DNA of 44,454 nucleotides from Mesotaenium endlicherianum (lineage: Eukaryota), in NCBI GenBank assembly GCA_009602735.1, contig WELA01003606.1, forward strand, positions 779,602 through 824,055, read 5' to 3'. The notes under the pieces were generated by a model. It saw only the letters and a program-made list of their open reading frames with translations, did no database searches and was not told the origin of the DNA. Position numbers and translations under genes: made by a program. Below are positions 12,535-27,133 of this stretch, one piece after another (within the stretch, counting starts at the first letter, position 1; each line of letters begins with the position of its first letter).

Positions 12535-13416
12535 CATTTGCTAAAATTACAAAATCTACCCCTAGTTTCAAAGTAATTGCATAACTACATCTCGCGCATG
12601 TAAAATTTCTCCACGTCGGCCTTGCTCGAAATACTGACGTGTCCCACAAATTCGCACGCGACTCTTCTTGACACACTTCTGCTCCATTTCGCCACCAAAA
12701 GGCGGAGTTTTGCCTCTTTCAAGTGACCCACCTTCACGAACCAAACTCGCCCGAGGCGAAATTTTGGAAAAACACACCTCTCGCTACCTACCTTTTTATC
12801 TTCTTTCCCCTCTCTAAATAATTGAAGGGCCCATAAATGAACCCTTCGCCGCGCCTCCAAATTTGAAGACGACATTTCGAGGTCCATAGCTAGGTCTTCT
12901 CGGCGGCGGTTTAAGCAGGCCTCCATGGATTTACCCTTAAGATCGGTGCGATTGCTTAGAAGAGCAAAGGAAACCAGAAGGAATCTCCATGGCAATGTGC
13001 CATAAGTAACAAACCCCTTTTTTGCAGCCGCTACAATTAGCTTGATGTAACTTGGTTCATACGAGAAATAGCAGGTAGTGCGAGATTTTTAGTTTGTAAA
13101 CATACCGGATTTAGAAAATAAGGACACCAAAAATATGTTTCAAAAAAACTTGCGGGCCATTGTTTTTGGCGTCCCGGGCGAGTTTGGTTCGTGAAGTAGG
13201 TCACTTGAAAGAGGAGTACGGCAATTTTTGTGGCGAAATGGAGCAGGGGTGTGTCAGGAAGCGTCGCGTACAAATTCGTGGGACACATCAGTATTTCACG
13301 TAAGGCCAACGTGGAGAAGGCTTACATGCGCGAGATGTAGTTTTGCAGTTACTTTGAAACTAGGTGTAAATTTTGTAATTGTAGCAAAATGTAGGTGTAG
13401 TTTTGCAATTTGCCCC
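12535..13416. mobile_element. Non-autonomous long-TIR (Mutator-like/foldback) DNA element
   Basis: ~220-bp inverted repeats at ~12535-12755 and ~13176-13390. The right arm extends to ...TTTTGCAATTTGCCCC (G-rich terminus on the other strand); the left tip is missing and no TSD was seen. Confidence 0.65.
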
Positions 13417-15607
13417 ACAACTATTCAGAACGACGTCAGGAGTCAGGAGTCAGGAGTCAGGACTGGTCAGGACCCTCGACTTCTGGGCTAATCGGGTAAT
13501 ACCGACCAGAAAGGTCGAGAACACGGCAATTTTCAACAAGTCACGACTCACGACAATCTCAATTGGTCTCAGTGCATTGGCCGGCCTACATTCTTATTCG
13601 TGCGCTGTCTTTTAATACGCCGCCAAAAGTGGGTGCCTTTTTACTGGAGATTTGTAATGATCAGAAATATGAGTTTGTCGTGTCCTGGAGACGTGAAAAC
13701 CTGAGGATTTTTAACATGTTGAATCAGAATTCGAAACTCGTCAATTAGAAATGGTTGGATGTGGTTGGAAGTTGTTCACAGCGAGTAACTCCATGCAAAT
13801 GCTTCGTCTGCTGAACGTGAAGTTAGTGGATGTAAATGACTAGTCAATTGAAAATGCCTCGGTCACGGAATCTTGATTGCGTAGCAGAATGATTTAGTGT
13901 GCGCCCAGTGTAACTCCTTTCCAGGTCGTCAGCAGATCATTAAATAGTTTACGATGGTGACGAGACCCTCTTTTTCGTTCTTTGTCGTGTGCGTCATTCT
14001 CATGGCTGTGCACTCCATTTCCGGTGTGAGGATACAAGAAGCTGACCGTAGGTACCTGCCTTGATTCAAAAAAATATCATGTGTTGCATGAGTCCTATGT
14101 TCAATCTAGGAAGGCCTTGTTCCTCGTGTGGGAGCCCTTTACCGTACTGCATACAAGTCGCGCGAGCTGCGAAAGTGATTATATAACTCTATGTACTGTA
14201 TGCATCGTGCGTGATAATCTTTCGAAACTTGTATCATTCATATTACAGCCTGTTCCAAATTAAACACTGTTGCGCACCACATGCACTGTATTTGCCCTTC
14301 AAGCTCGTGCTCTTAAAACCACGGCATGTTGGTGCCTAAGCTTGCAAGATGTTGTTTGACTATTATTCTGAATTATGTGCTTACGTAGACAAGTGTGGTC
14401 CAAATGAATGCTCTTCTGTCAACCTAGGCCCGACCTGTGGTGCACAAATTGAGGTCAATCTTGACCTGGGGTGGGTCTAGTGGTCATGCACTCACGTACA
14501 TAATCAGGCCATTATTGCAGACTCTGCCCTCCTCAACCTGCGAAAAGGATTTCGAGACCAATCTGCCCTTAAGTCGTGGGACAATGTGGACTGCGATAAT
14601 ATTGAGGGTGTATATTGTAATGCCGCTGGACATGTGTATTACCTGTGAGTGCTTCCCATTTCCTTAAAAATTCATCTATTTTCTTCTCATGTTGTTTCAG
14701 TGGAAGCATAGGGGGTGGTGGGGGGTGCCCGGGGGGCGNNNNNNNNGGAAGGGGGTGCGGGGCGTGGGGGTCATATCTGTCCTGCCTGCTTGGTCCATCT
14801 AGCAATGAGTAACTCATCTTCGTTTCTGCTGGGCCTTCATACTTGCACTCTTCATCCAAAGCTGGACTCCAGTCACAGATATGTCCCTATTTCTGTCTCT
14901 CCCCCACCTCCAGTAGAAGGGGGCATGAGCCACGCAGTTGCGCCAGCACTCGTGGCTCTTACTCAGTACGGCCATGGTGGCTGCAAAGTGCCATGCACCT
15001 CTCTGGGCTGGGGTGGCATAACACCATAGTATCTTGCGAGCATGCAGGCGTAAAACATGTTGATTAACTTGCTATTCAACCTCAGCTTCCGGGTGGCGGG
15101 CATCTAGCACTCCCTTGTTTCCGGGAGCTTCTAAGAGACTCCTGTTATTTACAGACCTCCCTCCTCTGCTGTGGGAGAGGCTCTCCTGGCACGGATGCCT
15201 TCTCCGGTACTTTGGGGGGGGCGCTGGTCCCAGCAATCTGCAGCCTCACATCGCTCACCCACCTGTAAGCTTGCTGACCCTGGAAGATGTTTGATGCGAT
15301 GCATTGTCTGTCTTGCTGATGCTTAGTTCCCCAACCAACAGGTCAGAACAGCTGTACAGAATGCCGAAATTGCTGACAGCCATGACAGCCACGCGAGGAT
15401 GTGCTGGCGCTGAAGCCCCCCCCTCCTCGTTCTGATTTTCTTGCTGCAATCTGCTGGCGAGTTGCGACGATGTGCATTATAGCACGGAGAGGGGGGGCTC
15501 AAGGTGCTCTGGTCGAGACACGCTTATCATTGGCACAGAGGGCTCAGCTTTGCAGCATGGTGTACTCGCTGTTTGGGAATATATGTGCAAGTACTTCAGA
15601 TGTCATC

Positions 15608-16058
15608 ATACGCAAGGAGCTTGTTCTTCTCCCTCTTGTCGTTCTCTCTTTTCTCTTCTCCACTATTTCCTTGATTTCCTCCTTAACCTCCCTCTCCTCT
15701 TTCTTTTGGCAAGACGTATAACATGGTGTTTTGTCCCTCGTGTCTTGTCCATTCTGTCCCGGCAGACAGATAGTAGGCAGTGATCTCTCGGGAAGCATCC
15801 CTGGCTGCGTGGGGAACCTGTCCTCGCTGGAGTACCTGTGAGTTGCTCCGCCGCCAATGCCTATGCCTTCTAAGTTCTGTACCTCTGCCGCATGAGACAG
15901 CTCATCCAGTTCGAGCACACACTGCATTCTGCGCATACGCTGCTTTCTGCTCGGCTGTGGCTCTAGCCCGCCCCCTGAATGCTCTTTACTCGTTTCTGCA
16001 CTGCCACGTGGAACCTGTTCAATTGCCGTGATGCTTCCCCCTTGTATGTCCATTACAT
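15608..16058 (+). pseudogene. Decayed signal-peptide exon and LRR N-cap exon upstream of the LRR exons
   Basis: 15608-15715 reads (ATA)RKELVLLPLVVLSFLFSTISLISS...QD then gtataa. ~15894-16058 reads LIQFEHTLHSAHTLLSARLWL*PAP*MLFTRFCTATWNLFNCRDASPLYVHYI, which resembles the LRRNT consensus but has two stops and AT where a GT donor is expected. Confidence 0.45.
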
Positions 16059-16378
16059 ATGCTTCAAATTCTTAGCTACCAAGCCCAGACCCCGAAAGCT
16101 GAAATCAGAAACCGTAAGGGTTGTTGCAAATAACCATGAACCCTAGCTTACAGTGGCTCTATTTGATGCACATCCTTGTGGCCTGCATCATGCTGACATG
16201 AGCCTTGAGCAGATCCATTCATGGACCTCTCGGTGCTGATGGCGGCCATCTGTACCATGGCACAACTTCCCACTTTGCTGTACCGAGAGAGTGAATGTAA
16301 GGTTCTTGGCCTAGGGTGGGGAGTGAAGGGTTTTTATTTTCAATATCGCGGGCTTGTGATTACCGTTGCGATTTGCAG

Positions 16379-16450
16379 TAATCTTGGTGGTAACTACTTC
16401 AGCGGCCAGCTGCCGACGGGCCTGTCCCACCTGAAGAATTTGCAGATTCT
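16379..16450 (+). CDS. 72-nt plant-type LRR exon 1
   Basis: ttgcag|T AAT CTT...ATT CT|gtgggt encodes NLGGNYFSGQLPTGLSHLKNLQIL, matching LxxNxFSGxLPxxLxxLxxLxxL; phase 2-2. Confidence 0.8.
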
Positions 16451-16518
16451 GTGGGTGCCCTTCCTTCAAACCCCAACACCTTCCGCTGAGGTGTAATTTC
16501 CAAAGCTTGCACTCTGAG

Positions 16519-16590
16519 GTCCCTGCCTCCGAACAACTTTTCCGGACCCATCCCCGGCTGCTTCCAGGACCTGGCTGCGCTGCAATACTT
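16519..16590 (+). CDS. 72-nt plant-type LRR exon 2 (not in the ORF track)
   Basis: ctgag|G TCC CTG...TAC TT|gtaagc encodes SLPPNNFSGPIPGCFQDLAALQYL; phase 2-2; the acceptor is a weak GAG. Confidence 0.75.
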
Positions 16591-19040
16591 GTAAGCTCTT
16601 GAATCGCCGTCGGCAGGCTGCAGCTACACCTTCCATCTGCCTGTCTAAATGCCACACCCAGCGTAAACTTCAAGTTTAATGCCGCTAATACCCTGGCCCT
16701 GATGCACAGGTGGAGCCCGTGGAGTATTCTCCCAGGCAGCCAAAGTCTCCACTCCTTGCCCTGCATGCAGGCGACCTGACATGCTACCTCTGCTGTTCCA
16801 CGCTAGACCGTCCTGTACGGTGCATGGGTTATTTTGAACTGTGTGCTCTCCCGCATTGCCCATGCTCCAAGCTGCAGACAGAGGTCACGGTACACCAGGA
16901 CCGACACGAAGTCCACGTCATGCGCCGTTGGCGTCATTACTTGGCCGCCGTCACATGTGTACACGCAAACAGTGTCTGACAGGTCCAGTTCACGCAGGGT
17001 CCAGGCCAGGCGTAGTGGAGGTCACTCAAGGGTGCTGGTCACACAACGTCTAACGGTGTCATTGTCGGTGACATGCATGGTCAAAATGGATACAAGGTCA
17101 TACAAGGTCAGGTCAAGAGTCATATATGATTGTTCTGTCTGCGCAAGTTTGTGGCCTGCATCATCCTGTCATGACCTTTATGGTTCAGAGCAGATGCATG
17201 CATCACGCAGCATAATTTCCACGCAGGCACACAGCTCTTTCGAACACTATTTTTACTCTCAAGAGTTCTCCAGACAACTTCAAGAGCCACAATATTTTGC
17301 ACACGCTTTACATACATACTGTCGACAATATCCAACTCAACGCTGACTGAACCTGATTACAAATCAATGACGACTTGCATTTCTCTTTTTACTCGCTCAA
17401 AACACTCAAAAGTAGCTCAAAGCGAATGGAGTCGAGAGTTTGTACCTTGTTCTCTGTTATCAGTAGCTCTTTCAAATCATCAAATCAAACATCTATGCAC
17501 ACCATTGGAGCTTTAGTCTTGGAACTACCATGTTTTCACGTCTCACAGGCTTCAACTCTACACTTCAATCAAACACACACACTTTACACTTATGATACCA
17601 AACATCATTGCCTTTACTTACATGCTGTACTTGGTTTTTACCTAATGCAATGTAACTTTTACTTAGAATCACCGCTTCACCTTGAGGGCTAGCATATAGA
17701 GTTCAGGTCAGGCGTGGGTGCAGGTCATGTGAAAAGCTCTTAAAGTCAAAACTTTGGAAGATTTGGACTGACGGCGAGGTGGGTGTGTGCAGGCGTCTGT
17801 ATTCCAACAGCTTGAGCGGGCCGCTCCCGGCGGAGCTTTGCCTCCTGAAGAATCTAGAAGAGCTGTGAGTTCTTCTGAGAATTTGGCACTTTGGGGGCTT
17901 AGGAGTCGAGGTCGGGTGCTAGGGTGAACCCCTGCACGATGACAAATCTGGCCCTGGCAAGCTGATGTATTCTTTGGCCTGTTGCCTTTTCTCATAAAGA
18001 GAATAAACATCAGGGTTGGGCTTGGTATATATATGTGAAGAAACTTCATGCGTACAGACAAACAGGCATGTCAGCATGCCTGGAGGGGTGTCAGCTTAGG
18101 CTTGCCTTGCTTCTCAAACATGCATGCATGCCCCAGCCCTTGCCGCAACCTGTTTGTTCTGCCCTCTGCGGGGCAATTTGCCGAGAGAGTTCTGCTGCGC
18201 ACATGCAAAGACAATAGTCGGGCATACCTCTGCCCTCGTTGCGCACTATACTGGCGCCTTGCTTCAGTGGATAACAGTGTCTAGCACGCGGCACACGCGA
18301 GGGAGTCCTTGGCCCAAGCTGACGGGCTGCCCAACCCGTGGGCTTGTCTTCTCCGCTGAAGGGTTGTGCATCGAGAGTGCTCGTGCGCTGGTTGTCAGAA
18401 GTTTGCTGACAACGCCCAAAGTGTCAGGTGTGAGCTCTCCCTGTGAGAGCTGTCTGGATCCTGGAGCAAAGCCAGCAGGCCGTCCAGGCCCCCCGTTTGC
18501 CAGCTGGCGAGCTTGCTGACTGTCGGGTGCCTGGATCCGCTGCCTGCCTCATCTCGCTTATTGGCTGCTCTTTTATTCTTTGTGCCGGGAGGGGGACAGC
18601 TCAGTCATTGAAAACCAGCTCTCAGGGAGCATCCCCAGCTGCATGAGCGCCTTTCCCGCCCTCCAGGAACAACTGTGAATGTCTGAGCGCCCACCTGTCC
18701 TCCTATCCCTCTGCTTGTGGCGCTGCAACTCTGCGCCCTGGGGCCCACTCTTATGCCCAGCAGAGCCGTGAGTCCCCTACACCACTAATGCCTCTTTAGG
18801 CTACCTTGTTGGCCAATGTCCTCTCTTTCTGTCCGCGCAACAGTTTCCCGTCCTTCTTTTCAACTACTGCCGGGTCAGCTCTTTTCCCTTTCACCTCTCT
18901 CTCCCCGCTGGACTACATGCAGGGCTCTGTGTCTCAAGGCTCCTCCGAGATCCTCCACTGCCCGCCAGCCGCCTCAAGTGCCAAACTTCTCAGCACGTTC
19001 CGCAATCCTCTGGTGCTTCTCATCGCTGGTCTCTGGGCAG

Positions 19041-19306
19041 GCATCTGAGGGACAACTACTTCACGGGCTCTTTTTGTCCCGGCGCTTACAACTATGATCG
19101 CTCCTTAAATTGCTTCTCTGGCAAGTGTTCCAATGGCCAGAGAAGCGCCAAGGAGTGCGCCGCCTTTTGCGGCGCCACGTCAGCACAGGGCCCCTGTGGG
19201 GGCCACGGGCGGTGCTTCCTCAGTGGCACACAGCCCACGTGCACCTGCGACCCAGGATACGAGAGCGCACAGGTGGCGGGTGTTGCCAGCTGTACGCGCT
19301 CCTCAG
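19041..19306 (+). CDS. Exon with last LRR, Cys-rich cap and EGF-like module
   Basis: ggcag|G then open frame HLRDNYFTGSFCPG...LNCFSGKCSNGQRSAKECAAFCG...PCGGHGRCFLSGTQPTCTCDPGY...CTRSS, then G|gtgcca. Phase 2 in and phase 1 out, compatible with both neighbours. Confidence 0.75.
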
Positions 19307-19929
19307 GTGCCACACCCCCACTCCCTCCCTTCTTCAACGGTGCAGTACACTTCATGAATGTGCTGTGTGTAAGGGTCGGCGACTGCAGCTCCGGCGCAAC
19401 TCTGCAGCTGTTGGGTATTTTGATGATGAAGTCGGAGGCCTGGCTGTACGCGAGCCCCAGGTCACAGGTGCCGTTCTGGTGTTGAATCCATTTTTCATTG
19501 GATTGGGGACGTACGCAGTATTTGTCAGGGAACATAGGGTAGAGACTTGCTAGCCCAAAGGAAAGCTGTGTTTGCATATGTTTGCGTGTTTGTGTCAACG
19601 TTTTGGGGGTGTGGCCCTTTTCGTGCGCGCACGCCTGCCTCAAGTGCCGCTTGCGAAGCAGAGAAGAAGTGTAATGGTGGAGTTACTTTGCAGCTGTGTC
19701 CTGACTGGAGGAACTGTTGGAGGCTGTCTAACGCGGGCAGGGATGTGCATTCCTGGGGCACTGCTCAGAAGGCGCACAGCCATCCAATGCTTGCGCGCTC
19801 ATTTCGCGCCACTGACCTTTCCTTGCGCGACCTCCCGTTGTGCGACCTGTGCTATTGGCGCTTGCATCACCCTGCTTACTCTCTGGTGCTCTTTTTCTGC
19901 GTGCATGCATGTAACGCCATGTCCCTCAG

Positions 19930-23013
<3,084 letters not shown>

Positions 23014-23353
23014 TGAGCTTTGCAGTGCGTGCATTACACACCACATGCACCAGGTTGTAGAAACTTCTCTGTCGTGCAGCCCTCTGTCCTACAGGAACAG
23101 AGGGGCAGTCCTTCCAATATCTTCCTCCTCCGAGATGTATGCAAATCTTGATGGCTCTTTGCCCGTTCAAGTCATTTCGTCAGCAGGAAACGAAGCAGCA
23201 AGTTGACGTGGTGACTTTGCTGTGTGCGCCAGCTGGCTACGTCTGGCAGCAGCTGTGGCCTGCATTTGGACGCTCATTTTTCGCACTCTGTGATCTCGCC
23301 CCCACCCACTTTACCCATCCTTGAACCTCAATCATTTGAGTGTCCAAGTGCAG

Positions 23354-24558
23354 GGTACAACCCGTGTGGAAAGAAAGCGATGAACCCGTGCGGAGGCGGG
23401 AGGTGCTTTCCCAGGGGGACCAGCAACGAGTGTGACTGCCCCCCGCAGTTTGTGGCGGTCACCAACTTGGACGGCTCCCAGTCCTGCGCCCCTCGTAAGG
23501 CTCTCTCTCACTTCTTGGCCCGGTCGTTGCATCAATACTTGTGCTGGCGTTTCTCCCATGCTGCGGTGCTGTTGAGAAGGCTTCGAGTGCCTCGTAGATC
23601 CACTGTTGGTCGAATTTCTTGTGGGTTCCCTGCAGGCTGCAAGTGTGGCTCAATGCATGTAGATCTAGAACTGCAGCAACAACTGTACGAATCAGTGCGC
23701 CATGTGGCGTGTTCTTTTGACTCTCCATTTAGACCACAGTGACAAGCACGTTTGCATGATGGACGCGCATGTACAGCAGCAGCAGAGCTCCTACCTGAGC
23801 CCAGCAAGCAAGCACGGATCGGGCCTTACGGGCCGATGCTGACGATGCTGGCTGGGCGCCATGCGGAAGACACGGAGCAGACACGAACGCGGCAGCCCTG
23901 GCTCCAGCTCTTGCAGAGAGGCTTCTCTAATATTGGGTTTTGTGTTGTAGAGCGGTCTTCCTTCTGCCCAGTGAGGGTGCGCGCGTGCGTCCAACGCACG
24001 CAGAAGGCTCGCTTGCGCAGTGTGGACCCGGGTGTGTATGCAGTGCATCAGTCTGCAGTGTGGTGTGGTGTCTGTGTTCTGGTGTGCACGCGCTTTCAAC
24101 AAATCAAGCCGTGTAGGTGCAGCTGCTGCAGGGCTTCAGGGCCTAGGGGCTTAGGGCTGAGGGGCGTTGTGCTTGCGACAGAAGGCCAGGAGTGCGTCAC
24201 CCGGCTGGCCTCGGGTGCGACGCTTGCTCTCCCTAGCAGGAGGAGGGCTGTAGGTGATCTGACCTTGCGCTTGCACGATAGCCGCGCACGCCTTATCATG
24301 TCAGTTACAGGCGTGAACGTGTTCCTCCAACTAGAAGCGGCAGCTCTCAGCACCTTCCAACCGTGAGGAGACGTTTGTTCGTGCAATTTTTCTGTCACGC
24401 CTGTCCCGCCACCACAGAGAAGGTGTGCCGGTTCTTCCTGTACAACCCGTGCAACGTGGGCACGTGCGTGGACGACGGCAGGGGCGCGTACGCGTGCATC
24501 TGCCCCGCGGGCTTCTACGGCGGCTTCCGCCTCGACTCCTCCCCCACCTGCGTCCCTG
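23354..24558 (+). CDS. Two EGF-like domain exons (23354-23494, 24418-24558) of the same gene
   Basis: Both are 141-nt phase 1-1 exons with six Cys: NPCGKKAMNPCGGGRCFPRGTSNECDCPPQF...SCAP and VCRFFLYNPCNVGTCVDDGRGAYACICPAGF...TCVP. Confidence 0.88.
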
Positions 24559-25111
24559 GTGCGCCCTCCCCTTCCCTTGCACCTTCTGCCGGGCAGAAAC
24601 CAAAGGGAGATTGTGAGCTGCGCTCTTAGCTGCAGCAGGAGTTGCACTGAGCGGCTGTCGTAGCCAAGCGTGTCCCTTTGGCCTGTCAGTGCCGGCTCCC
24701 TCTGCCGGCCCTGCTCTGGCTCTCCGGGGCCTGTGGGGCGTACACGCAGAGAACATTCTGAGCCGCCAGCTGGCGTGTCAGATGCATCGACTTGAGTGCT
24801 CAAGTGCGTCATACTCGCGCCTCGCAAACTGGTAACTCTTTGTCCCATCAGCGGCACAGGCCGCATTGGGCTCAAGTTGAATCGTTCCCGAGACTCTGGC
24901 CTTCATCCAGTGCCAAGTGGCGCCTGTGCGCGCACTTACATCCTGGGGCAGTCCGCTTTCCAGCGGGCTCCCTCCCAAGTCTCGTGCTGTTTGCGGCGTG
25001 CACAGACCACTGCGTACAGCTGTCGTGCGCAGCGGTCGACGCACTCCCTCGCTGCGCACGCTTTGCAACCAACTGCGCGCTGGCCGTGCCTGCCTGCGTG
25101 CGTGTGCGCAG

Positions 25112-27133
25112 CGCCGCAAGGCACGGGCACGCAGAAGTACACCGTGCAGGCCGCGGAGTCGTGCTACCTCATCCACACGGCGTTCCGCCTCAAGCTGCCG
25201 CAGTTCCTGGCGCAGAACAAGGTGCGCTCATGAACTTCTCGCAACCTCGCCGCGCCCATTCTTATGTGCAACCCATGGCACCAGCAATGGAACTCCCGCT
25301 TGCATGCATGTATTTACCCTTTTCTTTCTCTTCAAGATGGTGCGTTGAAGGCACAAGGGTGTAGTATATCTACCTCGCTGTTCATCGACGGACACCTTGT
25401 GGTTAATCAGATCCTACATTCCGAACGGCCCTCGATGTGGGCTGCCCTTGCGTTTGCAATTTGAAGGGTGCCACGTTTGCTCATATGGGTGGGTATGCGG
25501 GCCATTGCAAATGCGCAGGGCCTCAAGTGCGATGCGCTGCGAGCGGGTACTGTCGTGAACGTGACACCTGTCAAGGCCAACCTGGGCTGCACGCTGCTCT
25601 ACTCCCTCAACCAGGCAAGCGTGCATCCACCACTCGCTTTTTTGAGCTTGATGAGTGCTACCGTCCCTCTTGAGAGACCTGTGCAAGACTTTCGTCTGCC
25701 GTCGTACCTTTCTAACTCGTTGCTCTTCAGGACAAGGATAGACTTAATTTACCGCACGCACGTCAGCAGAGCTTTGACCCTTGATTGCGTGTAAGCTTGA
25801 TGACAAAGTAATATAGAAAGTGAAGGCGAAACATTTAGGCAAGACCCATCGTCTCGTCTCTCAAGGACCAAGATGAGCGTTTGCAATGATGGCGGTGTGC
25901 CCTTCCCCCATCTGTAATTTCGGCCCTTTGTGGTCGTCACTCGTGAAAAGGCAACGAGTTGCTGTTCTTGTGGCGAGGGAGTGCCAGGGGGACACGTGCG
26001 CGTCGGTGAAGGCGCTCTTCAGCCTGAAGGTGGACCTCCTCGCCATCAACCCCGGCATCGACTGCTCGTTCCTCGTGCCCGGGCAGCAGGTGGCCGCCTC
26101 ACCTCCCCCGTAAAGCCACACCTGCATGGCCCTCCTTGCATGGTGTCGAGCGCTTGTTCTGGTAGATTCATTGGAATACTTCTCCAGCCTAGATTTCTCG
26201 ACAAGTCCGTGCAGGAACTTCGACGAGAGTCCAGATGAAGTTGGTATACTGCCAAAAACAGTTGGAGGTTAAGTAGAATATATTTTCCCGAAGTTCCATC
26301 TTCCACCACGAAATGTATCACGGCAAAGCCTGCCCCCCCCTCCCCCCCTCTCTCTCTCTCTCTCTCTGCCTCGTCCTCTCCTTTCCTCCTCCCTTCCCCT
26401 CGCTTTCTCCGTCTCTTCTGCTCTCCATCTTTATGTGCGTTGAGTGTGAGGGGAAGGACGTAGGGAGGGGGATGAATGACATATTTGCTTTGTTTGTGAC
26501 TCTGGATTTTTTCCCTTTCCTGGTCCATGATGGCGGGTTGCTGCACGACTCAGGTATGCGTCAGGTCGTCTGCAAAGAACCTGGCGGACCTGCCATTGTG
26601 CACGCAGCAGAAGCCCGTGGAAGCTCTGGACACGTGCCCCAAGCTGTGGGCCAAGTACCACCTCACTCCTGCGCGTTTCTTCGAGCTCAACCCTGGCATC
26701 TACTGTCAGAACCTCGTTCCCAAGCAAGGTTTCTCTGTCCCGGGCCAGCAGGTACTCCAGCACCTTCTGTTTTTCATCACCACTAGCCGGAACATCTTCT
26801 GCATGGGGGCTCATTGGGGAGTAGAGCTCGTGTTGTACACAAAGCCGCGAGACTTGGAAATGGAGTGATGCATCATTTGCTCGTGTGGTGCCCTGATGGT
26901 TTACATTTGCCTCACGATAATGATTTGATATTCTCTCGCAGGTTTGTGTGGCGGCGGCCCCCGACGGCCGTCCTCGGTGCAAGAAGGCGTACAAGCTGCA
27001 GCGTGGGGACTCGTGCGCCTCCATCATATACCACAAGTGCAAGAGGAGCGTGGCTTTGTTCAGAAAACTCAATAGTGGGCTCGATTGCCAAACAGGATCG
27101 TTGTTTATTCAGCAGATTGTATGTGTTCCATAA
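25112..27133 (+). CDS. Four LysM domains, C-terminus of the same gene; exons 25112-25221, 25519-25614, 25988-26089, 26554-26751, 26942-27133
   Basis: YTVQAAESCYLI...QNKGLKCDALRAGTVVNV; YSLNQGDTCASV...INPGIDCSFLVPGQQVCV; VEALDTCPKL...LNPGIYCQNL...GQQVCV; YKLQRGDSCASI...LNSGLDC...QQIVCVP*. All junctions are in phase; one GC donor at 25615. Confidence 0.88.

Noticed and set aside
13436..13470. (GTCAGGA)n short repeat, and similar GAGTC-rich tracts near 42310-42660
   Set aside because: No spacers and a eukaryotic context, so not CRISPR; too short to assign to an element.
15544..16053. 169-aa minus-strand ORF with a Lys/Glu-rich stretch
   Set aside because: No recognisable family; the charged stretch is the antisense reading of the plus-strand hydrophobic signal-peptide relic.
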